From: Macrostomum lignano
Taxonomy: Eukaryota
Reading direction: 5' to 3'
DNA length: 28,258 bases
NCBI GenBank assembly: GCA_002269645.1
Contig: NIVC01005029.1
Location: 1-28,258 of the forward strand
Position 1 is the stretch's first letter; every line of letters starts with the position of its first letter. Positions 12,395-22,632 of the stretch are shown here, piece after piece. The translations under genes were made by a program, and so were the position numbers. The notes under the pieces are model-generated. The model worked only from the letters and a program-made list of their open reading frames with translations, searched no databases and was not told the DNA's origin.

Positions 12395-14904
12395 CAACAA
12401 CAACAACAACAGAGTACGCTGCCAGTTCGCAAAAGCAGCGTCAGATGGCGCGCTTCGAAGCTTGGGCGCGAACAAAGGCCGCACCGCCGGCAGAGTCCGG
12501 GGTGCCGGCGTAAGCCAGCAGACAGTCGACGTAGCGCCGAGTCCTCGCCTGTCCCCGCCGGTAGGGTGCCTGCAACGTAAGTAGCAGCACCTCCTGCACC
12601 GGCTCCGGACAGTAGGCCTCGGTGCGGATGACGTGGCCTGCTAGCTGGAGTCGCCGACGGCGCAGCAGATCGCTAGGACGGGCCAGGCCGGCGCGATGAT
12701 AGAGCGCCGTGTTGGTGACTCGCTCGTTGCCGATCTTGAAGGCGGCGCGCAGCAGGCCAGCGTGCGCCGCGTCGACTTGAGCCTCGAGCGAGTCTATCAG
12801 CGTCCAGGTCTCGGCGTTGTATAACAGGACGGTCTCGATCACCGCCTGGAACAGCGCCGCCCTCTGGCGGTCCGGTAGGGCCTCGGACTGCAGGACTGAC
12901 CTTATAGAACGAAAGGCAGCCCAGGCAAGTCCTCGGCGACGCCGCAGATCCTCGCGGACGTCGGGAACCAGACCGCCGAGGTAGACGAACTGCTGACATC
13001 TTGGAAGCTCACTCGCCTGTCCATCAGCGCCTCGGCAGAAGATTGCAGCCTCGGTGTCGTCCGGCACGCATAGCACGACGGTCTTCTGCGTGTTGACCAC
13101 CAGGCCGACGCTCGCCGCAACGGCAACCAGTCTATCCAGCTGTCGTTGGGCGCCCTCGAGGGCGAGGTCATCGGCGTAGCCAAGCACGCTGAGCCGTCTC
13201 TCCGGTTGGCGTCGACCCACGCGTCGCCGCAGCAGGAAGCCGTCGTCGTTGGAAGGCAGAGCAGTCCGTAGCACCCAGTCAAGCACCAGAATAAATAGGA
13301 ACGGCGCTAGCGTATCTCCCTGGAGCACCCCGGAGGATGTCTCGAAGAAATCCGATAGGCCGTCCGGTGTTTAGACAGCAGCCGTCGTGCCGTGATATAG
13401 CGCCATGACAGCAGAAATCAGCAGGTCTGGCACGTTGTACGCACGGAGCACCTCTGGGAGCGCGTCCCTCACGACCGAGTCGAAGGCCTTCCTGAAATCG
13501 ACGAAGATCAGGATCAGGGTCAACTGGCGGATGCGCGCCTCCTCGATGACTCGCCGAAGAGCCAGGATCTGCGTCACTGTGCCGCGATGGGGCCGGAATC
13601 CGTTCTGCTCAGGCCACAGGTACGGGTCCAGCACAGTCTGTAACCGCGATAGCAGCATGCGGTTGAACAGCTTCGCGGCGCAGGACTGTAGGCAGATGCC
13701 TCGATGCTCCTCGAGCTTGGTGGTGCCCGGCTTCTTTGGAATGGCGACGATGTGCGCCGTGGTCCATTCGTTTGGCGCCACCTCACCGGAAAGCACGCGG
13801 TTCATCACTCTGGCGACCTGAGTGGCCACGCAGTGGATCCGCAGCGCCTCGGTGGGCACCTCGTCTGGACCAAGCGCTTTGCCGCCCGGCGACTGCCGAG
13901 CGAACTTCACAACGTCGGCTGTGCTGACTGGGGCAACGTTGAAGCTCTCCTCCGCCGGCAACGGCGTCTCCGGCGGCAGCCTCAGATTTTCTGGAAGCGG
14001 AGGGGGCGGCGCGTTGACAATGGCGGCGAAGAACTCGCGCAGCTCGTTCCTGCGCTCATCCGGAATGTCGCCTGCTTGGTTGAGCGCGATGCGCCGCTTT
14101 CGCCCCGTCAGAGTGTTGATGACGGACCAGGCCACGCGCCCTCTGGCATCGGGCCCTGCGGCAGAGACGGCTTGGATGGCGTCATCGACAGCGGACTGCT
14201 GCCGCTGCAGGTAGACAGCCGCCAGAGCCTCCTCCGCCTCACGAGTTTGCCGCCCACTCAGACGGAGCCTCTCCAGATCTTCCCTCGCTTCGTCGATCGC
14301 GGGGTCGTCCTGCCAGACCGGCTGCCCGCGCTGGGCCGGTCGCATCAGCGGGACTGCTTGCTCCGCAGCGGCTCGAACTGCAGCGCTCACCTCCGCGTAC
14401 TCGGCTCCTCCACGCTTGTCGCCCAGCGCAGTGACAAAGACACCGGCAAAGCGACGCCGCGTCTCGGCGTCCCTGAGCGCGCGGTAGCAGCGCCGCGGTG
14501 GCCGCTTTGGCGGACGGTAGAGCGGGTCCCGAAGCCGAAGGTCGCAGATGAGCAGCCGATGGTCGGACAGCAGAGCCAGCGGCGTAATGGTGCGGCAGTT
14601 GGTGACGCGGCGGCACTCACGAAAGCGCATAAGCACGTGGTCGAGCTGTGCCAGCCTCCGCGTAGCGTTCCGGCCGCGCGCGTTCCGCCGCCTCTGCTTG
14701 CAGCCGACGAAGGTCGCGAGCCTGCCCGGTGACTTGCGGAATCTGGTGTTGGCCGACACCATGTCCTGTCTCTCCAGGAAGTCCTCTAGCGCTCCGGTAA
14801 TGCCGTTCTCGCGAGCTGTCACAAACAGCGATCGCTCGGACCTACGCAGAACTGCGTTCAGGTCTCCGAGAATGACCACTGTGTTACGTTGCGCCATCTC
14901 CTCC
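12395..14904 (-). mobile_element. 5'-truncated non-LTR retrotransposon, RTE/RTEX-like (AP endonuclease C-terminal part plus reverse transcriptase), with (GTT)n tail
   Basis: APE motifs ILGDLNA, LDHVL and SDH. RT motifs GPDEVP, RGICL, EQNGFRP, FVDFRKAFDSV, GVLQGDTLAP and YADD. C-terminal RRRRLQLAGHVIR. About 30-bp 3' UTR, then (CAA)n on the + strand at about 12392-12410. Clade assignment is from family knowledge, not a search. Confidence 0.93.
12441..14904 (-). pseudogene. LINE ORF (APE-RT) broken by one in-frame TAA at 13371-13373 and lacking its N-terminus
   Basis: ORFs 13371-14906 and 12441-13328 are in the same frame: ...TTAAV*TPDGLSDFFETSSGVLQGD... YADDLAL runs straight into EGAQ, possibly a short in-frame deletion (inference). 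Confidence 0.88.
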
Positions 14905-16297
14905 ACCTGTACTCGAATATCAATATGAATTTTGGAATCACATGTATTTTAAATGGAACACATCGAAAATCGCTCCTGCTCAGAGCCAAAGTTACATATC
15001 GAGCTGAAACTTGACCAATAGTCGTTTCACGGTTGCAGTTTACTCTGTGTAAAGTTTCGTCAAGATCAGTGAAGCAGAAGTACCTGTACTCGAATATCAA
15101 TATGAATTTTGGAATCACATGTAATTTAAATAGAACACATCGAAAATCGCTCCTGCTCAGAGCCAAAGTTACATATCGAGCTGAAACTTGACCAATAGTC
15201 GTTTCACGGTTGCAGTTTACTCTGTGTAAATTTTCGTCAAGATCAGTGAAGCAGAAGTACCTGTACTCGAATATCAATATGAATTTTGGAATCACATGTA
15301 TTTTAAATGGAACACATCGAAAATCGCTCCTGCTCAGAGCCAAAGTTACATATCGAGCTGAAACTTGACCAATAGTCGTTTCACGGTTGCAGTTTACTCT
15401 GTGTAAAGTTTCGTCAAGATCAGTGAAGCAGAAGTACCTGTACTCGAATATCAATATGAATTTCGGAATCACATGTATTTTAAATGGAACACATCGAAAA
15501 TCGCTCCTGCTCAGAGCCAAAGTTACATATCGAGCTGAAACTTGACCAATAGTCGTTTCACGGTTGCAGTTTACTCTGTGTAAAGTTTCGTCAAGATCAG
15601 TGAAGCAGAAGTACCTGTACTCGAATATCAATACGAATTTTGGAATCACATGTATTTTAAATGGAACACATCGAAAATCGCTCCTGCTCAGAGCCAAAGT
15701 TACATATCGAGCTGAAACTTGACCAATAGTCGTTTCACGGTTGCAGTTTACTCTGTGTAAAGTTTCGTCAAGATCAGTGAAGCAGAAGTACCTGTACTCG
15801 AATATCAATATTAATTTTGGAATCACATGTATTTTAAATGGAACACATCGAAAATCGCTCCTGCTCAAAGCCAAAGTTACATATCGAGCTGAAACTTGAC
15901 CAATAGTCGTTTCACGGTTGCAGTTTACTCTGTGTAAAGTTTCGTCAAGATCAGTGAAGCAGAAGTACCTGTACTCGAATATCAATACGAATTTTGGAAT
16001 CACATGTATTTTAAATGGAACACATCGAAAATCGCTCCTGCTCAGAGCCAAAGTTACATATCGAGCTGAAACTTGACCAATAGTCGTTTCACGGTTGCAG
16101 TTTACTCTGTGTAAAGTTTCGTCAAGATCAGTGAAGCAGAAGTACCTGTACTCGAATATCAATACGAATTTTGGAATCACATGTATTTTAAATGGAACAC
16201 ATCGAAAATCGCTCCTGCTCAGAGCCAAAGTTACATATCGAGCTGAAACTTGACCAATAGTCGTTTCGCGGTTGCAGTTTACTCTGTGTAAAGTTTC
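14905..16297 (-). repeat. Right arm, about 7.9 inverted copies of the same 177-bp unit
   Basis: Reverse complement of the left-arm unit, with more private substitutions than the left arm. Confidence 0.97.
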
Positions 16298-17791
16298 ATG
16301 CTACGGGTTGCTTTTAGTATTTTGCTTTTGTTAAAATTCGAATATCAATGCGAATATCAATGGGGAAACAAATGCGTTGGACTGTAGGCTAGGCTGTAGC
16401 CTCAACTAGTTGGTTTAATGAATATTCAAATTCAATTGTTCACGTTTAACTTTATATATTGTATATATATAGTGTATACATCTATATTTGACTTGTTGAT
16501 ATACTGTCAGTTTGTATTTGCACGCCAAGGTTACACGCCAAGTAAAAAACTTATACGCTGAAAATTTAGGCGTGGCTTGAGACCCCTATTTGCACGCCAA
16601 CTTTGCACACCAAAATTTTAGCGTGGCTTGTGCACGCGGGAAAATTCCCGCGTGCAGGCCACCTTCCTGAGTATGAAGTGGATTCCATATTTGATTTTGT
16701 ATTTTACCATTCTGCTGCTAATTCTACGTTTTACTATGCTATTCCATTCTGATTCCCCTGTGGATTCCACATTTTACCGGGTACCATATATTAGGCCTAG
16801 CAAATACAGATAATTTGTTCAAAACTTTAGAGCAATGCTAGACCTGTGCCATGGAGGATTTAGTAAAAAAAATTCACATTTTAAGCAATTTTTGCACTTT
16901 GGATAGAAAGACTTGGATTTAGAAAATTTTAAAATAGCCTATGTTAGATGTCACTTTCTATATATGTTCATTTTTATGCTTAGTATATCATGGCCATAAG
17001 ATAAAGATAGTCTCGACTCTCTTACTAGGCCAGCCCTAGGCTTACTATAAATGTAAATTTTGAATTTTATAATTTAAGCATATTTGAATGGCAATAAGGC
17101 AGGACTACTAGCTATATAGTAACAAGCTTATTTGACTAAAGGCAAGCTAGTGCTAGCTAAATAGTAGAAAAATTTTATGGGCAATAGGCCCAGCTGGCTA
17201 GCTAGAGTTTTGGCACCACAACACAACTCATTTTCTAAGTTCTAATGGCTATGGATCTGGCAGTGCTATATAGAACTTAAAAAATATTTTAAAAGATTAA
17301 AAAGACTAGGCCTAATAAGAATATGGCTTATATCTATTTAAAATTCAACATTAAAAGTATCTCCTTTCAAATCTTGAGACTCATCATCTAGTCTTAAATC
17401 TTATCTAGAACAAAGTCTCAATTTCTGCCACTTATAGAAAAACTATACTCCAGAAGGCATAGATCATGCTGAAAAATTCTGGCATGCATTTAGTTTAGCC
17501 TAAAATTGTAGCATGCATTGGCATATATTTGGGTATTGTATGCCAAAAGTGGCATGTTGGCATGCTATGGCATAGAAATAGCAGGCATAATAATAGTGAG
17601 GCATATTTTTTAAGACAAAAGTTCATGAAAAGACTTTGTATTGTGAAATGAAGACAAGAATTCATACTTATTTTTATTGCAAAATAACAAGTAAATTTTA
17701 TTGTGCCAAAAAAAGTTATTTACTTAGTATATTTATTATTTGCATGCTACAATAGTTTTAAAAAATGTTGAAGACTCAATAACATGATCTA

Positions 17792-17963
17792 CATACATGT
17801 GCAAATTTGGGAATCACCCGGCCATTTCTATTGGCAACATACACATGTAAGTCGCTATTGGCTGAGAGCAGTCACGTGACTACTATTCCGTCCAATAGCA
17901 ACTTACATGTGTGTGTTGCCAATAGAAATGGCCGGGTGAATCCCAACGTTGCGCCCAAGCATG
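17792..17963. mobile_element. Hairpin MITE copy 1 (CATACATG..CATG ends, 8-bp TSD; P-like or hAT-like)
   Basis: TSD ATGATCTA at 17784-17791 and 17964-17971. Long internal inverted repeat centred on GTCACGTGAC. Three copies in the window. Confidence 0.9.
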
Positions 17964-18931
17964 ATGATCTAGACTATAGTAGAAAAACAATATTGAAGAA
18001 TGTTCCTAATATTATAATAGCCTTGCCAGATCTATAGCTATTAGAAAATGAGTTCTAGTGCCAGAACTCTAGCCAGTGCCATTATTTTTACTAGTATAGC
18101 TATATGGGCTAAATAAACACTGTTATTTATACTAAACTATATAATTTTTTAATATATAGCCTCCAAGCTAAAATATAAATTTTCACATTTGAAGCTAGCT
18201 AGGACCAATCTCAAATGGGATTAGCCTAAGTCTAAGAAGCATAGCATAATAATCTATAAAGTACTACTACTGACAGTAGGCACAAGCGCTATAAATAGGC
18301 CATGAAAGATGAGGCCCCTACTGCAAGTCCCTAAAGTAGAGTAGAAATGTTTGTATTTTGATTGATTTTAATGCAATGAAATAGTTTCTCCTATATTAGA
18401 TATATATTACCTTGTATGCTTATGACTATGTTCTAATAAATATAAAATGCTAGTACTAGTCATAATGATTATATTGGCTATTGAATGCTTAAAAATCTAG
18501 CTCTTTTACTTTGAGTAGACTAGTGTAGTGAAAGTCCTTTTACTTGTCAATATTAATTATTATATATAGCTAGAAGTAAATTTTATTAAAAGTAGTTTTG
18601 CAAATAAATAGGAGCCTAACTTTGCAATGCAATTACATATATTAGAAGCCTGCTTAGACCTGAAAGCCATATTTAATTTGGTAATTGTGATTTTGGTTTT
18701 AACATTTTACTGTAAGCATAGCCTTGCAACTTAGTATATAAAACGAGTCCATTACTAAAATTTGTTTGAATGAAGGGCTATTGCTATGCTTCCAGATTTA
18801 TACTTCTACACACATTTAAAGTACACTATTATGTGCCAGTGCATAACAACTTTTTAATGCATTTCAATGTCTTGTTTATATTCATGTAACAACCAACTGT
18901 CCAGCCAACCAGACAGAGCCCAGTCATCTCC

Positions 18932-19273
18932 ATGGCAACCAGAGCTGGTGGTGATGCCACCTACTCGGTGAATGACAAGGCTAAGCCAGGCTTCATTCGG
19001 GTCTCCTTTGACCTGCCAGGTCTGAAGAAGGGCCTGCTAGATGGCAGCAAAAATGCCAAGAAGACTAGCAATTCAACCCTGAATGTGTCAATCGCGCCTG
19101 GCTCAGCTCACTTTGGCAGCGTGTCAATCAAAGGCCAGACGAAAGGTCACGTGATTGAGTACCAGCTACGCGCTGATCCCTCCGAGCTGCTCGGCGCGTG
19201 GCTTGGCTCCCCGCCCAGCTACTATGAGGTTGAGCAGGGAGTCCTGAGGGTCTTTCTCAAGCTAGCTGATTGA
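18932..19273 (+). CDS. Small intronless protein (113 aa), HSP20/alpha-crystallin-like or CS-domain fold
   Basis: ATG-to-TGA ORF, GC-rich against AT-rich flanks. FIRVSFDLPGLKK and EQGVLRVFLK resemble the ACD beta3 (D-L-P-G) and beta9 (G-V-L) motifs. TATATAAA near 18735 and ATTAAA at 19441 are candidate signals. Confidence 0.55.
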   Translation: MATRAGGDATYSVNDKAKPGFIRVSFDLPGLKKGLLDGSKNAKKTSNSTLNVSIAPGSAHFGSVSIKGQTKGHVIEYQLRADPSELLGAWLGSPPSYYEVEQGVLRVFLKLAD

Positions 19274-19844
19274 TTGGATTTTTAATGATAGGATGTGCAA
19301 TTGTGTCTTTGAAATTAGCAGTTAGAAATTGCAAGCTAGCTAGACATTTATTGACCATATTCGTCGCTAGTAGATTTATGTTATTATTTCTGCTATTAAG
19401 CGTCCATGAATATTATTGTATTTGTCATGCTTATCGGTTTATTAAAATATAAAGTTATTTTACTATGATCTATATTTATAAAATTTTGTTTGTCTGCTGT
19501 TTTGCCGCTAATAAAAATCAGTTGTTGCTGTATAATCGGCAAGTGATTTGCTTTTGTTTATTTATCCCAAACAAGCAAGGCTCGCTTCCACCGCCATGCC
19601 ATCAGATGCAGTCAGGTCAGATTTTGTGTGATTTCGCAGAATTTCTAAATTGAAGTTCAAGATTTATTTCTACATTTAGTCGTGTGATTTGATGGCAGTG
19701 TGAATCAACTTTTAATGTGTCGCTTTCACTAGCTGGCAATTTGACAGCAGGATAAATTTGTTCAAGTTGTGAGCTAGGGGAAGCGCCTGTAGCAGCGGTC
19801 GGCAAACCTTTTTTACCTCAAGGGTTAGATTAAGACAGGTGAGA

Positions 19845-20515
19845 GAGGAAAGGAGAGGGGAGCGGCTGGAGAGGAGCTCGAGGGAGACGCTAGAGAAGAG
19901 GGAGACGCTAGAGAAGAGGAGGAGGCTAGAGAAGAGGGAGACGCTAGAGAAGAGGGAGACGCTAGAGAAGAGGAGGAGGCTAGAGAAGAGGGAGACGCTA
20001 GAGAAGAGTGGAAGGCTAGAGAAGAGGGAGACGCTAGAGAAGAGGGAGACGCTAGAGAAGAGTGGAAGGCTAGAGAAGAGTGGAAGGCTAGATAAGAGGG
20101 AGACGCTAGAGAAGAGGGAGACGCTAGAGAAGAGTGGAAGGCTAGAGAAGAGGGAGACGCTAGAGAAGAGTGGAAGGCTAGAGAAGAGGGAGACGCTAGA
20201 GAAGAGGGAGACTCTAGAGAAGAGGGGAGGCTAGGGAAGAGTGGAGATGCTAGATAAAAAACGAAGGCTAGTGAGGCTAGTGAGGCGGGAGAAAAAAAGA
20301 GGAGACTATAGAACGGAAAAGGGGGCGAGGTGAGAGAGAAAAGCGGTGGGGAGAGGCGATAGAGAAGAGAGGTGAGGGTACAGAAATGAGAGAAGACAAT
20401 ACAACATGTAAGAGGATAAGTAAGATGGGAAATGAAATTAAAGCAGAGAATTGTGAAGAGAGAGAAAAGAAAGAAGCTGATGAGATGGATCAGAGAAGAG
20501 CTAAGAAGAGACACG
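19845..20515. repeat. Purine-rich 18-bp minisatellite (GAGGGAGACGCTAGAGAA, about 20 copies, to about 20230) followed by GA-rich low-complexity sequence
   Basis: Seen directly. It produces the LEKRET and SSLASP repeat ORFs. Confidence 0.9.
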
Positions 20516-21420
20516 TCAAACCTTGAGCGAGCGAATTGCTATTGTGGAGTTTCAATAAAGTACCCGAGGGCCGGATAGAGAGGCTTCGTGGGCCGCATGT
20601 GGTCTATAGCAACTCCTAATCAAGGACTTCTAGACTAGCAGGACGTAAAACTCAAAGATCGTGTAAATTTTTAGGAGGACGATTTCCTGGAAAAAATACA
20701 CTGCGGAGATAGGAGCAAATCATTTTTTCATCACAAAATCAATGATTGCATTTGATCTAAGGCAGCTAAGATAACCATTCTTTTTATTTAGCACGCACAA
20801 CATGTTACTCTATTATATTTTAATGTAGTTGTGTCTTGAAAGTTTCATCTTCATATTATTTTCTTTTTATTTCATAAGCCCCAAGTTGCAAAATACTCAC
20901 AAGTGGCATTAGCCGAACTTTGTATTTTTCCTTTTTAAAATCAAGTATATTTGCAATAAAAATGCTGCATTACGGTACTATTAAGCCATTATTGTAGGTA
21001 TAATTCCATTTCAATGTAGTAACTATACTAATAGACCTGTCTATGTAGTTAAATATATAAGGACAATATTTACAATATGCCCCCACCATTTTCATTTTTC
21101 TTGTTTTACCTAGGCCTCAAGTCTTTAGAAAGCTATCAGTTTTTACCTGAAAGCCAGACAGAAAAAAATGGTTAGGGCCTAGGCCTAGTCACAAAAATGG
21201 GCACTAACCTTTTTTCTAGGTTTTTACACTTTTAATTAGGCTTAGATTTTTAATTTTTTATTGCAAATTTGAATACACTATACTATATAAACTAGGCCTA
21301 GCACCCAGCTGGTTTAGGTTTACCTTCCTTGAATTATATATTTTGTTGAATATAATACCTTTAAAATTGCAATTTTAGTTTGTAATGGTATATTTCATAT
21401 CATATTTGAATCATAGGCCT

Positions 21421-21599
21421 CATACATGCGCAACCTTGGGAATCACTCGGCCATTTCTATTGGCAACACAGAACACACACATGTAAGTTGCTATTGGATG
21501 GAATAGTAGTCACGTGATTGCTCTCAGCCAATAGCAACTTATATATGTGTGTTGCCAATAGAAATGGCCGGGTGAATCCCTAGGTTGCACCCAAGCATG
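21421..21599. mobile_element. Hairpin MITE copy 2 (central segment inverted relative to copies 1 and 3)
   Basis: TSD ATAGGCCT at 21413-21420 and 21600-21607. Confidence 0.9.
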
Positions 21600-22632
21600 A
21601 TAGGCCTAATTATTAGATTATTATGATAGGTCTTTTATTATAAACTAAAAAATGGGTAATACAATACTGCATGCCCACATTTATCTTAACTTTAGCATTT
21701 ATTTACTATTGAAACTAGGCCTAGGCCTTATTGCACTCATAAAGCTTTGAAACTAGGAATATTTAGGCCTATTCATTTTACTACCTTATATCTATTTATA
21801 AAACTAAGCTGGCTCTAATAATTGACAATGAAAATCTAGTTTTTAGTATTAATTTAAAATTTGTTTATTAATTTAGTTATCTATATTCAGTTTTAATTTT
21901 ATTTTTCATAGGTAAATATGATTTTTTAATTAGTATTATTTAATAACTTAGATTTTGGCTATTAGGGTCTAATCCAAATACTAAATAGTACTTAGATGTC
22001 TAATTGTTACATTTTTATTCAATAATCTTTAATTTTACTATAAGTATTTTGTACCAATATATTATCCTATCATCTATCTTAATAGATAGATAGTTATCAT
22101 GCCAATTAAATTTTTGGTAGTAACTTACACTAGCAACCATTTTAGACAAAAGGCTGCAAAATCTAATCTTGTTAGATTTCAAACAGATTTCCTTATGATA
22201 TAAATTATGTCTAGCATTGTATTTGACATACTTAATCCTTTGATCTTTCATGTGCCTATCTGACTTCAGTGGAAATTTTTGCAAAGCATCAACCTGCTAA
22301 AATGCCATTGCACAAGATGATATACTTTTGGATACCAATTAAAGTGATCCACAAAGTGTCTTTCCTGACACCACAAGGTCTTCATTACATTTGACTTTAG
22401 CAAGTGAGTAAATTTTCTAAATGTTGTTTTTTTTAATATATGGATAAGGGTTAGTAAAAAGCAAGGGTCAATGTGGTTGGGGCAAAAGATGATATATCCT
22501 TACCTTTTACATGGCTAGTTTCCCTAAATTTATGATGGCATAGTTTGTAGCAAAATTTATGGTATAACCTTTTAGGAAAGTTCATTCCAATAAAAAGACA
22601 AAATTTCTCATTTTACCATTGCCCATACCTAC

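Larger units (their letters stand above)
9886..16377. mobile_element. Foldback-type DNA transposon: 80-bp unique TIR plus inverted 177-bp satellite arrays, 8-bp TSD
   Basis: Ends ACGCATTTGTTTCCCC and GGGGAAACAAATGCGT. TSD TGGACTGT at 9878-9885 and 16378-16385. The arms are reverse complements of each other. Confidence 0.9.
9498..16675. mobile_element. Middle TIR element of the nest (about 680 bp without its insert), CAT..ATG ends
   Basis: TIR CATA(G/C)TCAGGAAGGTGGC..TGCACGCGGGAAT at both ends. Flanks TAGTGGATTC (9488-9497) and AAGTGGATTC (16676-16685) give a 10-bp TSD with one mismatch, or 9 bp plus one extra base. TGCACGCCAA-like motifs repeat internally. Confidence 0.65.
8094..16785. mobile_element. 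Outer (oldest) TIR element of the nest, about 1.5 kb once nested inserts are removed, 9-bp TSD
   Basis: Diverged TIRs GGCGCCCAATAAAATGCAGAATCCACAGCGGAAT versus GGTACCCGGTAAAATGTGGAATCCACAGGGGAAT (right end, reverse complement), alignable for about 110 bp. Perfect TSD ATATATTAG at 8085-8093 and 16786-16794. Confidence 0.75.

Noticed and set aside
10035-12584. 849-aa ORF (and the 456-aa mirror ORF at 14858-16228) of 59-aa repeats
   Set aside because: It arises because the 177-bp unit is a multiple of 3 and happens to lack a stop in one frame. It starts at TTG, shows no recognisable domain, has nonsynonymous variants among copies and runs into the antisense LINE. Ribosome profiling or proteomics could overturn this.
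12673-14928. Multiple overlapping ORFs in other frames and on the + strand of the LINE
   Set aside because: These are shadow ORFs of GC-rich coding DNA. Only the APE-RT frame has conserved motifs.
9966-16297. CRISPR-like regular array
   Set aside because: The units are wholly repeated with no unique spacers, there are no cas genes, and the context is eukaryotic.
9886-16377. Read-foldback (chimeric palindrome) assembly artefact as the sole explanation
   Set aside because: The arms differ in copy number and private variants, and they are bounded by a TSD with different unique flanks. An artefact would mirror the flanks too.
19617-19805. 62-aa minus-strand ORF and other short ORFs in AT-rich regions
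   Set aside because: No ATG start or recognisable motif in most, and lengths are within chance expectation.
19825-20514. LEKRET and SSLASP repeat proteins
   Set aside because: They are translations of the 18-bp array, with no supporting gene structure.
19793-20601. hAT/Charlie-like element around the purine tract (CAGCGGTCGGCAAACC start, GGGCCGCATGTGG near the end)
   Set aside because: No matching right TIR was found, and the candidate TSD (GCCTGTAG / GTCTATAG) matches only 6 of 8.
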